Assembly: GCA_950097015.1 (NCBI GenBank)
Contig: CATNEN010000029.1
Location: forward strand, 7,750,001-7,814,000
Length of the DNA: 64,000 nucleotides
Reading direction: 5' to 3'
Source: Macrostomum hystrix
Taxonomy: Eukaryota > Animalia > Platyhelminthes
Part shown: piece by piece, positions 24,051-36,490 of the stretch
How the letters are laid out: every line of letters starts with the position of its first letter
Numbering within the stretch: position 1 is the first letter of the stretch
Translations under genes and position numbers: made by a program
Notes under the pieces: model-generated
What the model was told of the DNA's origin: nothing
What the model saw: only the letters and a program-made list of their open reading frames with translations
The model's database searches: none

Positions 24051-25207
24051 TTAGCGGTCATCGGTTCGTTTCTCTCTAATAGTTCATCGAATAATTTCAA
24101 ACTACGTTAGAAATTCCGTTAATTTCAGTTCGGTAAAACTATTTTATATTTTTGTTCTTTATTAAAAGTTTTCCTAGAAACAGCCAGCGGGTCAGTCCAT
24201 GGACGCGATTATTTCTCATGGACAAAAATGGTCTAACCATGGGGCGGGTCATTTATTAGAAAATGTCATTTGCAGCTTCGATGCTAACGAATCTATAGAT
24301 GTATATTTTAGTCTAATTTTCTTGTTGCTTTTCGTGAACAAAGAAGACCACCTGTATCGCCTGTGATCCGCATTGCTAACCGTGGCCTCAAACCATTGCT
24401 TTGCAGCATGTTCATATATTATTCTCTCATAAGCATATAGTATTGTTTTATTTATTGATAGAATCTGAAGATCAGGCACTTGTTTCCTGTACTTTTTGTC
24501 TAGAATAATGCCTGCCTGATTGCTTTGAATATGCTTTTTACGCAGCATTTTTGCCAGTAGAAAAGTAAGCTAAATATTTTGTCAAGTCGAGCTGTATCTA
24601 GTCGTTTTGAAAGCGTGCGAATTTTGTTTAAATTCTGTTATTTTCTTTTTTTAGCCTATCTGGAGATACTCATTTTAGTGAACGCGACCCAGACTCAAGT
24701 CGATTGCTTATTTTCAATTAGAGACTTAATTTTCACTTTTACATTTTACATGTTTACCTTTATTGTTAACTGAAAACAATCACAAGCTAATATTACGTCA
24801 ATTTTTTTCTCAAGTTTTAACTGACAGTTTCACAGATCCGTGCGTGTTTGTGTTTCGAATAACTAAACTCGTGTTATAGTCCACTGTCGCCAGTGTTTAA
24901 AGCGAATTATTCTAAATGTTATTTATAGCATTATTTTGTGAATAATTTAATTTCTACTGTTGTTTAAAGTGATATTAAACTGAAAATTTATTGCTTTCTA
25001 TTTTTAAACTTACTTTTTCCTTTTCAACTAAAAAACTCTTGTAGTTTTCTTTTAAAGATTTAGCGGAATTTCGGTTCTTTTTTACTACTCATCAAGAATA
25101 CTCAGCAGTAGTATAGTTTCGATAAAAAGAAAAAAATTATCTAGTCTAGTTGGGTGAGATGTACATCCAAAAGCTGTATACATCTTGCTTAATAAGGACA
25201 CGAATTG

Positions 25208-25285
25208 TTTTCCCTGGGCTGAGATGCGAACTCTCGACCTCCGGGTCAGAAGTCCCGAACTCTTACAATTGGGCATTAAGCACCA
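25208..25285 (-). pseudogene. Degenerate tRNA-like sequence (tRNA pseudogene or SINE head)
   Basis: Minus strand ...GGGACTTCTGACCCGGAGGTCGAGAGTTCGCATCTCAG resembles anticodon and T arms; the acceptor stem does not pair. Confidence 0.35.
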
Positions 25286-26576
25286 TTTTAGTATAGGTTA
25301 TTAGTACCTGCGCATTTATTCATTGATGAACGGGCGAATGGGGTCGTCGTTCGTGACACTGAATCACTTATTTAATAATTATTTAAAGCTATAATTATTT
25401 CTCTCCGGTTTTATCTGAAACTGGCTCAGCAAGAAATAAGTATGTACACTCAGATCTGAGCACAATGGCCGCCTACTGCAATTGTATGGCTGATATCAGC
25501 TGGCTGTGTGTGTGCTTGCTGCTGTGAGGGGGTGGGTGCGGACTTGTTCAAGGGTTTCTAGGAAACACGCGGAGTAGGGCAGTTGGCTGGATCGGAGCGA
25601 TTACCGACAAGAAAGTAAATAAAATCGATCTGTTTGATCGGCTGACACCTCGGCTGGGAAAAAATTGATTTACTATAATCTATTGATTGCAATTGCAAGA
25701 AAATTGAATTGTATTGATTTATTGATAGCAAAATACAGTAAAACTTAATTGATTGATTGATTGACAGCTAGACAATCAGCTAGACAATGTTTGTATGATT
25801 TCAAGACAAATTAATTACTTACACTTTTTTGACAGCAGTACATGGAAAATTTAACTGATTGATTGATTGATTGATTGCAAAATGCAGCACAATTCGATTG
25901 ATTGATTGACAGACAGGTTCAACAGAGGTCTATTAAGTAATTGCAATACTCCATAGAACACGATTGATTTGATTGATTGGCAGCAGGATACTCGTACAAG
26001 AGAATTTGATTGATTGATTGGCAGCAGGATACTCGTACAAGAGAATTTGATTGATTGATTGGCAGCAGGATACTCGTACAAGAGAATTTTATTGATTGAT
26101 TGAGCCAGCGTGGATGTGAATTATGCGGTTACAATAGCTATCATGAACTTGATAAAGAAGATTCAGAAGTCGCAGTTGAAGTGAGAGAGAGAGAGAGGAA
26201 GGGAGAGTGGCCGTGAGTGGTGAGTTTGGCCGACATGAGGTGTTAACGCTGCCGGGTCCCAGACGAGGGTAGGCAGAACTATAGCGGACGGCTTTTAAGC
26301 TGAGTGTATTTGCATTTAGAAGGGGATCTAAATCCCCAGCGCTCGATCCCTCTCCCCTTGCCCCCCCCCATAGCAGTGGCCTGCTTGCTCTGTGTGTGGC
26401 ACAGCTTGTACTCGTGCTGCGCCCCCTGCCTCCCCCATATTAAGCTCTCGTGTCGTGTCGTGTCGTGTCGTGTTGTCGCAAGCTGTTTCTCATTCTTTGT
26501 CCAGCAGCCGTCGAATCCTAGATTATATTAATAAAAAAATAGTTTTTTTTCTTAGCCGTACAATTAATTGTTCACC

Positions 26577-26622
<46 letters not shown>

Positions 26623-27464
26623 TGGAGTCTCCGCCAAGCAGCCGACTATGATGACAGAGAAGCAACTGCTGGCCCAGGTAATTCGATTCGATTCAAACTG
26701 CTGGTGCTTCTTTACTGTTAGCTGTCTCTGAGACAAATTTCTATATAGATATCAACTATCAACGCTGTATAGAACACACACACTCACACACACTCACACA
26801 CACACACACACTCACACACACTCACACACTCTCACACACACACACAAATTTCCCGTTGATAGTTCAGGAAGCCACTCGTGATGTTTGAGTTTGATTTTTC
26901 ACTGTCCTGCTGAAGCAGCAGCAGCAGCAGCAGCAGGACAAACCATGCCATGCAAAGTTGGAGGCTAAATCTCTGTTTAATATTTGAATTGTGAAGCCTC
27001 AAACTGTAAGGAGAGCAATTGTAAGCGAGAGCTGAAAAAACAGTTAGAAAAAATGTGACCTATCCCACACAGTTTAGAAGAGACAAACAGCTCAAAGACG
27101 TTGACAAGTTAGTACAATAATTTCATTTAGATTGGCACTGCGTGAGCAGAATTTTCTCGTGACCACTGGGGGTCGTCTTCTTGTGACTGTCAGTCTCAAG
27201 GCGGGCTGAAATTATGAATTTGGAGGGAGGCGAGGCACTATTTTCAGACGACTAGTAAGTGGCCAACCTAAGCCGATGTCACTCTGGTACTCCTTGAAAA
27301 GCCCGGCCCTGGCACCCCACAATGTTTCGCCCTAAACGGTGCACTTTGAAGCCGCAGGCAACATCACCGAGTGCTGCAGTTGCTAGTCATAGCGGTGCAG
27401 TGCAATAATTGCTTGGCCGGAGAGTAAATGAGAGAGGGGGAGCGAGAGAGACGGAGCGGGGCAG

Positions 27465-27474
27465 CTATAAATAG
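27465..27474 (+). promoter_or_regulatory. TATA box (CTATAAATAG) of the 27599 gene, preceded by GA-rich sequence
   Basis: TATAAATA about 125 nt upstream of the ATG. The 10-mer also fits the MEF2 consensus CTA(A/T)4TAG. Confidence 0.6.
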
Positions 27475-27598
27475 GAGGCCGCACTTACAAACTTGAGCTC
27501 TTCCTACAAAGCGTTCTCAACGCAACGAAAATAGTGCTCAGAACCGCGATTAATTTCAATTTAATCCGCACAAGCAGCGGACCAAGTCGCAGGCCCTA

Positions 27599-29416
27599 AT
27601 GCAGAGCTCAATGTGGTCCAGCGCCTCTGGCCGCGGCGGCGGCGGTGCTAGCAGCGGCGGCAATGTCGGCGGCGGCGGTCGTCGTCAATCTCACGTCGGC
27701 GCGTCCTCGGCGGCCGCGGCTTCTAGCTCCGGATCCAACGCTGGTGGCTCCTCAGCCGGCGGAGGAGGAGGCGGCGGCGGCGGCTTCCGGTTTCCGCACA
27801 GCGAGCACAGCCGCGAGCGTCACCGAGCCGAGAACCTGTCCGCCTCCAAGTCGCTTCTTGGTGGCTCCGGCGAGTGCGGTCCGGCCGACTTGCCCGAGCT
27901 CGCGAGTCACCTAGCTGCCGGCTGCCCTCGACTGCGGGTTCTCAGGCTGGCCGAGCTGCCACCGCAGTCCACTTCGACATCGTCGTCTGGCGCCGGCCGG
28001 ACAATGACGCCGCCGTCGTTTCTGCTGACGCTGCCAGACGATGTCCGAGGAGAGGCCGCCGCATTAGCTGACGATGACGCCGACGATGAGGACGGCGATG
28101 ACGACGATGAACTTCGGCAGCTTCAGCGATTGCGTCAGCAGCGGCAGCGCATCGAGGCTTCAATTCGCTCCTTGGCCGCCTCCGTGGCCTCTTCAACCCA
28201 GCAGCAGCTGGCGGCCTGTGTAGAAGCCGCTGGCGTGCCGGAGCTGCACGTGGACTCGCGACTGTCGCCAGACTCTCCCGAGGAGCAGCGCAAAATCCGG
28301 CAGAAGAAGCTGAGGCGCAGAGCTCTGGTTGGCGTCTACCTGTCCGTGGTGCTTCTAGCAGTGATGGCAGTTGTGTTTCTGGCAGCCAAGGGCGTCTTTT
28401 ACACTGCAGGTTTGTCAGCCACATGCGTGCGTCCGGGCCGATATAGCCAGCACCGACCTCACCTGATCACAATGCGCATTTATTGAACCACCTCACTCCA
28501 CACCCAACTAACCACCTCACTCCACAACGAACTAACCACCTCACTCCACATCCAACTGACTTCCCCACTCCACGCCCAACTGACTTCCCACTCCACGCCC
28601 AACTAACTACCTCACTCCACGCCTAACTGACTTCCTCACTCTAAACCTAACTACCTTACTCTACTACTAACTGACTACCTTGCTCCACACCCAACTACCT
28701 CACTCCACACCTAACTACCTCACTCCACACCCAATCAACTCACTCCACACCTAACCACCTCACTCCAAACCACCTCACTTCACACATAACTACCTCACTC
28801 CACACCCAACTAACTACCTCACTCCACACCTTACTAACCACCTCACTCGACACCCAACTAAGCACCTCACTCCACACCCAACTAACTACCTCACTCCACA
28901 CCTTACTAACCACCTCACTCGACACCCAACTAAGCACCTCACTCCACACCCAAAAAACACCTCACTCCACACCTTACTAACCACCTCACTCGACACCCAA
29001 CTAAGCACCTCACTCCACACCCAAAAAACACCTAACTCCACACCCAACGACCTCAATCCACACCCAAACTAACCACCTAACTCCACACCCAACTACCTCA
29101 CTCCACACCCAACTAGCCACCTCAATACACACCCAAAAAACCACCCCACTCGTCACCCAAAAAACCGCCTCACTCCACACCTAACTAACCTCCACTCTCC
29201 AAACCATACTAACCTCCACACTCCAAACCTTACTAACCATCTTATTCCACAGCTACCTACTCAGGTCAGTCCACGCTGATGATTCCTCATCACAATATCA
29301 CAAGCATAAGTTTTCACAGTGGCGCACTCGAAGCAGTCGCTAGCATTTCGATTCCCGGAGCTCCCAAAGCCAGCAACGAGAGCAATTTTCCGCTGGCATT
29401 GCTTCTTAATGAATAA
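27599..29416 (+). CDS. Uncharacterised single-pass type II membrane protein, about 324 aa, 2 exons
   Basis: Exon 1 27599-28409 (donor GCAG|GTTTGT, phase 1) and exon 2 29253-29416 (acceptor ttattccacag|CT, open to TAA). G/S-rich N-terminus, acidic patch, coiled-coil-like segment, basic RQKKLRRR, then hydrophobic ALVGVYLSVVLLAVMAVVFLAA, and a short C-tail with NIT and NES glycosylation sequons. Confidence 0.7.
28485..29245. repeat. Degenerate C/A-rich 20-24-bp array (CACCTCACTCCACACCCAACTAAC) filling the intron of the 27599 gene
   Basis: Directly visible. Confidence 0.9.
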
Positions 29417-29865
29417 TTCACGGTTACAGAGAATCGCTGCCTGGGTTTCCTCATCAACTCGATCCCCAACCAATGTCCTCTGTTCTAAAAATGCAACTCG
29501 TGGACACATAGATTTGTAATTTGATACTCGAGCAAAAAGCAGTATATGGAGCAATACAATCGTTGGCTATTATGCACATTTACTATATTAGTTCGTGATC
29601 GTGACGCAGCATTTTGAAAGACTGTTTATCACAAGCCTCATTTCAGTATTCTGATCAAATCAAGCTAGTCTTTAATTAAGCCGAACTCTTTAACGCAGAT
29701 AATTAGCAAGATTATTAATCGCTCGACAGCTGGGTAACTCGCAGGTGAGCTTGAGCACGCGATTTCAAGCTAACCAGCATGCGAATCGGTTAACAAATTT
29801 AATGCGGAAAGCTAGATTCATAGTCTGAACACTCTACCTGTAGTATTATAAATTGCACACAGAAA

Positions 29866-32800
29866 ACAGGTAGACACACAATCCAGAACAGTCGGGACTC
29901 TAGAGTCTAACAGGTAGCACAGAATGTAGAACAGTCAGGACTCTAGAGTCTAACAGGTAGCACAGAATGTAGAACAGTCAGGACTCTAGAATCTAACAGG
30001 TAGCACAGAATGTAGAACAGTCAGGACTCTAGAATCTAACAGGTAGCACAGAATGTAGAACAGTCAGGACTCTAGAATCTAACAGGTAGCACAGAATGTA
30101 GAACAGTCAGGACTCTAGAATCTAACAGGTAGCACAGAATGAAGAACAGTAAGGACTCTAGAATCTAACAGGTAGCACAGAATGAAGAACAGTCAGGACT
30201 CTAGAGTCTAACAAGTAGCAAAGAATGTAGAACAGTCGGGACTCTAGAGTCTAACAGGTAGCACAGAATGTAGAACAGTCAGGACTCTAGAGTCTAACAG
30301 GTAGCACAGAATGAAGAACAGTCAGGACTCTAGAATCTAACAGGTAGCACAGAATGTAGAACAGTCAGGACTCTAGAATCTAACAGGTAGCACAGAATGT
30401 AGAACAGTCAGGACTCTAGAATCTAACAGGTAGCACAGAATGTAGAACAGTCAGGACTCTAGAATCTAACAGGTAGCACAGAATGTAGAACAGTCAGGAC
30501 TCTAGAATCTAACAGGTAGCACAGAATGTAGAACAGTCGGGACTCTAGAGTCTAACAGGTAGCACAGAATGTAGAACAGTCGGGACTCTAGAGTCTAACA
30601 GGTAGCACAGAATGTAGAACAGTCAGGACTCTAGAGTCTAACAGGTAGCACAGAATGTAGAACAGTCGGGACTCTAGAGTCTAACAGGTAGCACAGAATG
30701 TAGAACAGTCGGGACTCTAGAGTCTAACAGGTAGCACAGAATGTAGAACAGTCAGGACTCTAGAGTCTAACAGGTAGCACAGAATGTAGAACAGTCAGGA
30801 CTCTAGATCTAACAGGTAGCACAGAATGTAGAACAGTCAGGACTCTAGAGTCTAACAGGTAGCACAGAATGTAGAACAGTCAGGACTCTAGAATCTAACA
30901 GGTAGCACAGAATGTAGAACAGTCAGGACTCTAGAGTCTAACAGGTAGCACAGAATGTAGAACAGTCAGGACTCTAGAGTCTAACAGGTAGCACAGAATG
31001 TAGAACAGTCAGGACTCTAGAATCTAACAGGTAGCACAGAATGTAGAACAGTCAGGACTCTAGAATCTAACAGGTAGCACAGAATGAAGAACAGTAAGGA
31101 CTCTAGAATCTAACAGGTAGCACAGAATGTAGAACAGTCAGGACTCTAGAGTCTAACAAGTAGCACAGAATGTAGAACAGTCGGGACTCTAGAGTCTAAC
31201 AGGTAGCACAGAATGTAGAACAGTCAGGACTCTAGAGTCTAACAGGTAGCACAGAATGTAGAACAGTCAGGACTCTAGAGTCTAACAGGTAGCACAGAAT
31301 GTAGAACAGTCGGGACTCTAGAATCTAACAGGTAGCACAGAATGTAGAACAGTCGGGACTCTAGAATCTAACAGGTAGCACAGAATGTAGAACAGTCAGG
31401 ACTCTAGAGTCTAACAGGTAGCACAGAATGTAGAACAGTCAGGACTCTAGAGTCTAACAGGTAGCACACAATCTAGAACAGTCAGGACTCTAGAGTCTAA
31501 CAGGTAGCACAGAATGTAGAACAGTCAGGACTCTAGAGTCTAACAGGTAGCACAGAATGTAGAACAGTCAGGACTCTAGAGTCTAACAGGTAGCACAGAA
31601 TGTAGAACAGTCAGGACTCTAGAGTCTAACAGGTAGCACAGAATGTAGAACAGTCGGGACTCTAGAATCTAACAGGTAGCACAGAATGTAGAACAGTCGG
31701 GACTCTAGAATCTAACAGGTAGCACAGAATGTAGAACAGTCAGGACTCTAGAGTCTAACAGGTAGCACAGAATGTAGAACAGTCAGGACTCTAGAGTCTA
31801 ACAGGTAGCACACAATCTAGAACAGTCAGGACTCTAGAGTCTAACAGGTAGCACAGAATGTAGAACAGTCAGGACTCTAGAGTCTAACAGGTAGCACAGA
31901 ATGTAGAACAGTCAGGACTCTAGAGTCTAACAGGTAGCACAGAATGTAGAACAGTCAGGACTCTAGAGTCTAACAGGTAGCACAGAATGTAGAACAGTCG
32001 GGACTCTAGAATCTAACAGGTAGCACAGAATGTAGAACAGTCAGGACTCTAGAGTCTAACAGGTAGCACACAATCTAGAACAGTCAGGACTCTAGAGTCT
32101 AACAGGTAGCACACAATCTAGAACAGTCAGGACTCTAGAGTCTAACAGGTAGCACAGAATGTAGAACAGTCAGGACTCTAGAGTCTAACAGGTAGCACAG
32201 AATGTAGAACAGTCAGGACTCTAGAGTCTAACAGGTAGCACAGAATGTAGAACAGTCAGGACTCTAGAGTCTAACAGGTAGCACAGAATGTAGAACAGTC
32301 AGGACTCTAGAGTCTAACAGGTAGCACAGAATGTAGAACAGTCGGGACTCTAGAATCTAACAGGTAGCACAGAATGTAGAACAGTCAGGACTCTAGAGTC
32401 TAACAGGTAGCACACAATCTAGAACAGTCAGGACTCTAGAGTCTAACAGGTAGCACAGAATGTAGAACAGTCAGGACTCTAGAGTCTAACAGGTAGCACA
32501 GAATGTAAAACAGTCGGGACTCTAGAGTCTAACAGGTAGCACACAATCTAGAACAGTCGGGACTCTAGAGTCCAACAGGTAGCACAGAATGTAGAACAGT
32601 CGGGACTCTTAGAATCTAACAGGTAGCACAGAATGTAGAACAGTCAGGACTCTAGAGTCTAACAGGTAGCACACAATCTAGAACAGTCAGGACTCTAGAG
32701 TCTAACAGGTAGCACACAATCTAGAACAGTCAGGACTCTAGAGTCTAACAGGTAGCACAGAATGTAGAACAGTCAGGACTCTAGAGTCTAACAGGTAGCA

Positions 32801-32950
32801 CAGAATGTAGAACAGTCAGGACTCTAGAGTCTAACAGGTAGCACACAATCTAGAACAGTCAGGACTCTAGAGTCTAACAGGTAGCACAGAATGTAGAACA
32901 GTCAGGACTCTAGAGTCTAACAGGTAGCACAGAATATAGAACAGTCTGTA
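29866..32950. repeat. 43-bp tandem array (CTCTAGAGTCTAACAGGTAGCACAGAATGTAGAACAGTCAGGA) x~72, intergenic
   Basis: Period of 43 (29941/29984); contains the palindrome GACTCTAGAGTC; no unique spacers. Confidence 0.97.
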
Positions 32951-33109
32951 AAGAGTCTAACAGCAGTCTAACCAAGGCTTCGCGAATCATAACAGTTTGC
33001 TGTTGCTGTTGCTCGTTTCGATACGAACAGATCCTAACAGTGCTCGTCTTTTTGACGATGGGGTTGGAAAGCACAACAAATACAACAATTTGTGTTTTGA
33101 AATTAATTA

Positions 33110-33701
33110 TACCTTTTTACGTTCTATTTGATAAAACTGCAACCAATTTGGCCACGGCTCAGCCTGACGCAGCCGCAGCAATTTTCCATAGACAGCCGCT
33201 GCTAGCAGCAACCAATTTGGTAAAAACTGCGAGCTATTTTGCCAGCTTGAAGATATCATTCTTATCATTCTTATCATCACTCTGATGGCGAATCGTGGGC
33301 CGTACCAAAAGATAAGTGAGCTGGATCGAGAGCGAATCATGAGAGCGTACAGGAATGGCGACGACTGGAGAGAGCTTGGCAGAATGATGGTCGGCTGCCA
33401 TCAGTGCCACTTCATTCATTCTTATTGTTATGAATTCGTGTTCTGACTTTTGACTGAGGACATATTGTTATCATTCTTTATCGTTATTGTTATGCTATCG
33501 CTCCCTATTTCGCTACTGCTGTTGACAGGGCAGGTCAAATACAGCAGTGAGCTGCTATCTTCAAGCTGGCAAAATAGCTCGCTGTTTTTACCAAATTGGT
33601 TGCTGCTAGCGGCGGCTGTCTATGGAAAATTGCTGCGGCTGCGTCAGGCTGAGCCGTGGCCAAATTGGTTGCAGTTTTATCAAATAGAACGTAAAAAGGT
33701 A
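33110..33701 (+). mobile_element. Internally deleted Tc1/mariner-type element (146-bp TIRs, TA flanks, 5' transposase remnant)
   Basis: Inverted repeats 33110-33255 and 33556-33701 with 2 visible mismatches, flanked by TA. Internal ORF 33285-33446 begins MANRGPYQKISELDRERIMRAYRNGDDWRELGRMM, resembling a Tc1 N-terminal helix-turn-helix. Confidence 0.8.
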
Positions 33702-33719
33702 TATTAGTCAATAATAGGG

Positions 33720-33780
33720 GGTTTGTGGCAGAGCGGTCTAACAAGTTTGCCTCTCGCACCAAGGTCCCTGAGCTAGCTGT
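33720..33780 (+). mobile_element. Second, truncated copy of the tRNA-derived SINE head
   Basis: GTGGCAGAGCGGTCTAACAAGTTTGCCTCTCGCACCAAGGTCCCTGAGCT aligns with the reverse complement of 23425-23474. Confidence 0.55.
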
Positions 33781-34304
33781 GGGAATAGTGTCACCAAATG
33801 ATGTGCCATTGCGCGCAGCCCTCCTGCAGTTATTATTACTCGTATTATAGTCAATAAAAATCAGAGCGGAGCGAGTGTGATCTCTGATAAAAGAACACGA
33901 AATTCTATTCTTTGCAGAAGTGTCGGGCAAGGAACATCATCACGACTGAAGCAAGCTGAAGCACCTCTCAGAAACAAATAGGACAATCAAAGCACTTTTG
34001 AAAAAAGTGCTTTTTAAAGATTATCTAAGTGCATTTACCTATCTATGATCCAATAATTATAACAGATGTAATACTAATGCCCAGAGCCGCGACTATTTTC
34101 CTTATTTCTTTCTGTGAAGCACTACACAGTAAAATTGCTATGCACGAGTTGTTGTGCCTACTTTTGTGTTAGCAAACAATTTTCTTAGCGAAAAAACAAG
34201 CTAAACATATCCTATGCTTTTGTACTTTCCTTTAATCATTGATTTAAAGATTACCGGTTCGACTCTCGGATTCCTTCGATTCGGTTGATTCAAAGTAAAG
34301 TGAG

Positions 34305-34978
34305 AGAAGGGTTAGAGAAGGGAAGAGTAGGGTCAGAGAAGGGAGAGTAGGGTCAGAGAAGGGGAGAGTAGGGTCAGAGAAGGGGAGAGAAGGGTCAGAG
34401 AAAGGAAGAGTAGGGTCAGAGAAGGGGAGAGAAGGGTCAGAGAAGGGGAGAGTAGGGTCAGAGAAGGGAAGAGTAGGGTCAGAGAAGGGAAGAGTAGGGT
34501 CAGAGAAGGGAGAGTAGGGTCAGAGAAGGGAAGGGTAGGGTCAGAGAAGGGAGAGTAGGGTCAGAGAAGAGAGAGTAGGGTCAGAGAAGGGAAGAGTAGG
34601 GTCAGAGAAGGGGAGAGTAGGGTCAGATTAGGGGGAGAGAAGGGTCAAAGAAGGGGAGAGTAGGGTCAGAGAAGGGAAGAGTAGGGTCAGAGAAGGGGAG
34701 AGTAGGGTCAGAGAAGGGGGAGAGTAGGGTCAGAGAAGGGGAGAGAAGGGTCAGAGAAAGGAAGAGTAGGGTCAGAGAAGGGGAGAGAAGGGTCAGAGAA
34801 GGGGAGAGTAGGGTCAGAGAAGGGAAGAGTAGGGTCAGAGAAGGGAAGAGTAGGGTCAGAGAAGGGAGAGTAGGGTCAGAGAAGGGTCAGAGAAGGGTCA
34901 GTGAAGGGGATAGTAGGGTCAGAGAAGGGAGAGTAGGGTCAGAGAAGGGAGAGTAGGGTCAGAGAAGGGGGAGTAGGT
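34305..34978. repeat. Purine-rich 20-22-bp array (GAGTAGGGTCAGAGAAGGG[G/A])
   Basis: Directly visible; GGG runs give G-quadruplex potential. Confidence 0.95.
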
Positions 34979-35269
34979 CATTTTAAAATTGGCCTGCATT
35001 AAAAAAGTCAAGACAGAAACTATTTATATATCGAAAGTTTTCTGGTCATTTGGTCAGCAATATTAATGCCTAAATAAGCCGCCAGGCTAACACTTGTGTA
35101 TATTTAAAAGTGCGAAAAATCAAGAGGCTTTGAGACTGAAGAACTAAAATACCGATAATGCTGCGATCGAAAATTGAAATTAAAAATGCGGAGATAAGGA
35201 TCTGTGCGAAATCTGAGTCCGTGAATCCGCAAGCAGCAGCGAATTTCAATTGAATCTCAAGAAGAACAG

Positions 35270-36458
35270 TCAGCCGACGACGGGCCAATGGGCCAATATC
35301 GGGGCGGTCACTTTACAGGTACTGTCGGCAATTGGCACCGACTCTGACTCGCTGTCGATGTCAATGTTGTCCCGCGGCTCTGAAGTCCCGGATTTGATCA
35401 GCCGCAGAGCACCGGGTCGCGGCAGAGCTTGCAGCTGGTCGACCGAGTCGGCGACACTGGTGACAGTCGCTGGCCGGCCGGGGAAGGCCGTCACCACTCC
35501 GTTGGTGTCGCGGCAGAGTCGGCGTACTGGGAAACCGCCTGCCTGGTCGCTCCAACTGAGCCCGACGTTTGGAGGCGGCTGATGCTGCGGAGGCAGCGAC
35601 ACCGGCGGCGTCATTGGAGGGGTCAAATCAGGAGGCGCATCAGAGCGACAGCGAAATCCGTCCAGCAGAAACCGTACGACTCGAATTTCTGGCGGCGCAC
35701 AGGGCAGAATTGGGAAAGCCGCCTTCGGCCGACGCTGCCGCTTGTCATTTCCAGCGCCAGCGTCGGCACCAACACGACCGGCTTCGTCAACGCCATCACA
35801 GACGTCGGTCAAATAAAGATCGATGCTTACGTTGCCCATGTTCGACGAAGCCTGCTTTGCTGTGGCTGTCGATAACAACTGACGCTGAAGGCCGAGGCCG
35901 CTGTAGCCAACCCTACGACTGAGCCGGCCAACCGCGTGCGTATGCTCCAGGCTGCTTTGCGGCGCCACGTAGAGGGCCCGCTGTGCGGGAGATGCCCGGA
36001 GCACCAGCAGGAAGGGGCAGGTCAGGCTAGCCACGGGCAGCCGGGTCGGCCGCTTTCGACCTAACCTGGGTGAGTGATCGCACAGGACAAACACCTGGGC
36101 GTACTTCAGGTGGATCAGGTCGGACAGCTGGCCGCAGCCGGGATGCCTGGCAACATAGCCTTCAATGGACACAGAGTTGCTGACTAGCAGGTTGGCGCCC
36201 GTGGTGGCCTCAAGGCCCGTGAGCAGCGAGCCGGCTGCCTGCCAGCAGCAGATTTGGCTGGCCTTGACAGCAGCGGCGGTTCCGCTGGCTGCGGCATCAA
36301 TGTGGCTAGCAAGAAGCTGCCGCGCCTCCGAGCGCCATTTGGCTAATAGTTCGGGCGGGTGACAGCCGCCGGTGGCACGCGGGCAGGTCAGATGGCGATT
36401 CGGGTCGACTTCGAATGGAGTGAGAATGCGCCGACGCTTGCTGGGCTGCTGCTGCCGC

Positions 36459-36490
<32 letters not shown>

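Noticed and set aside
25840-26960. GATT, GA, GTGTC, CAG and CA microsatellites and three 37-39-bp repeats
   Set aside because: Ordinary intergenic simple repeats; the CAG runs are not in a supportable reading frame.
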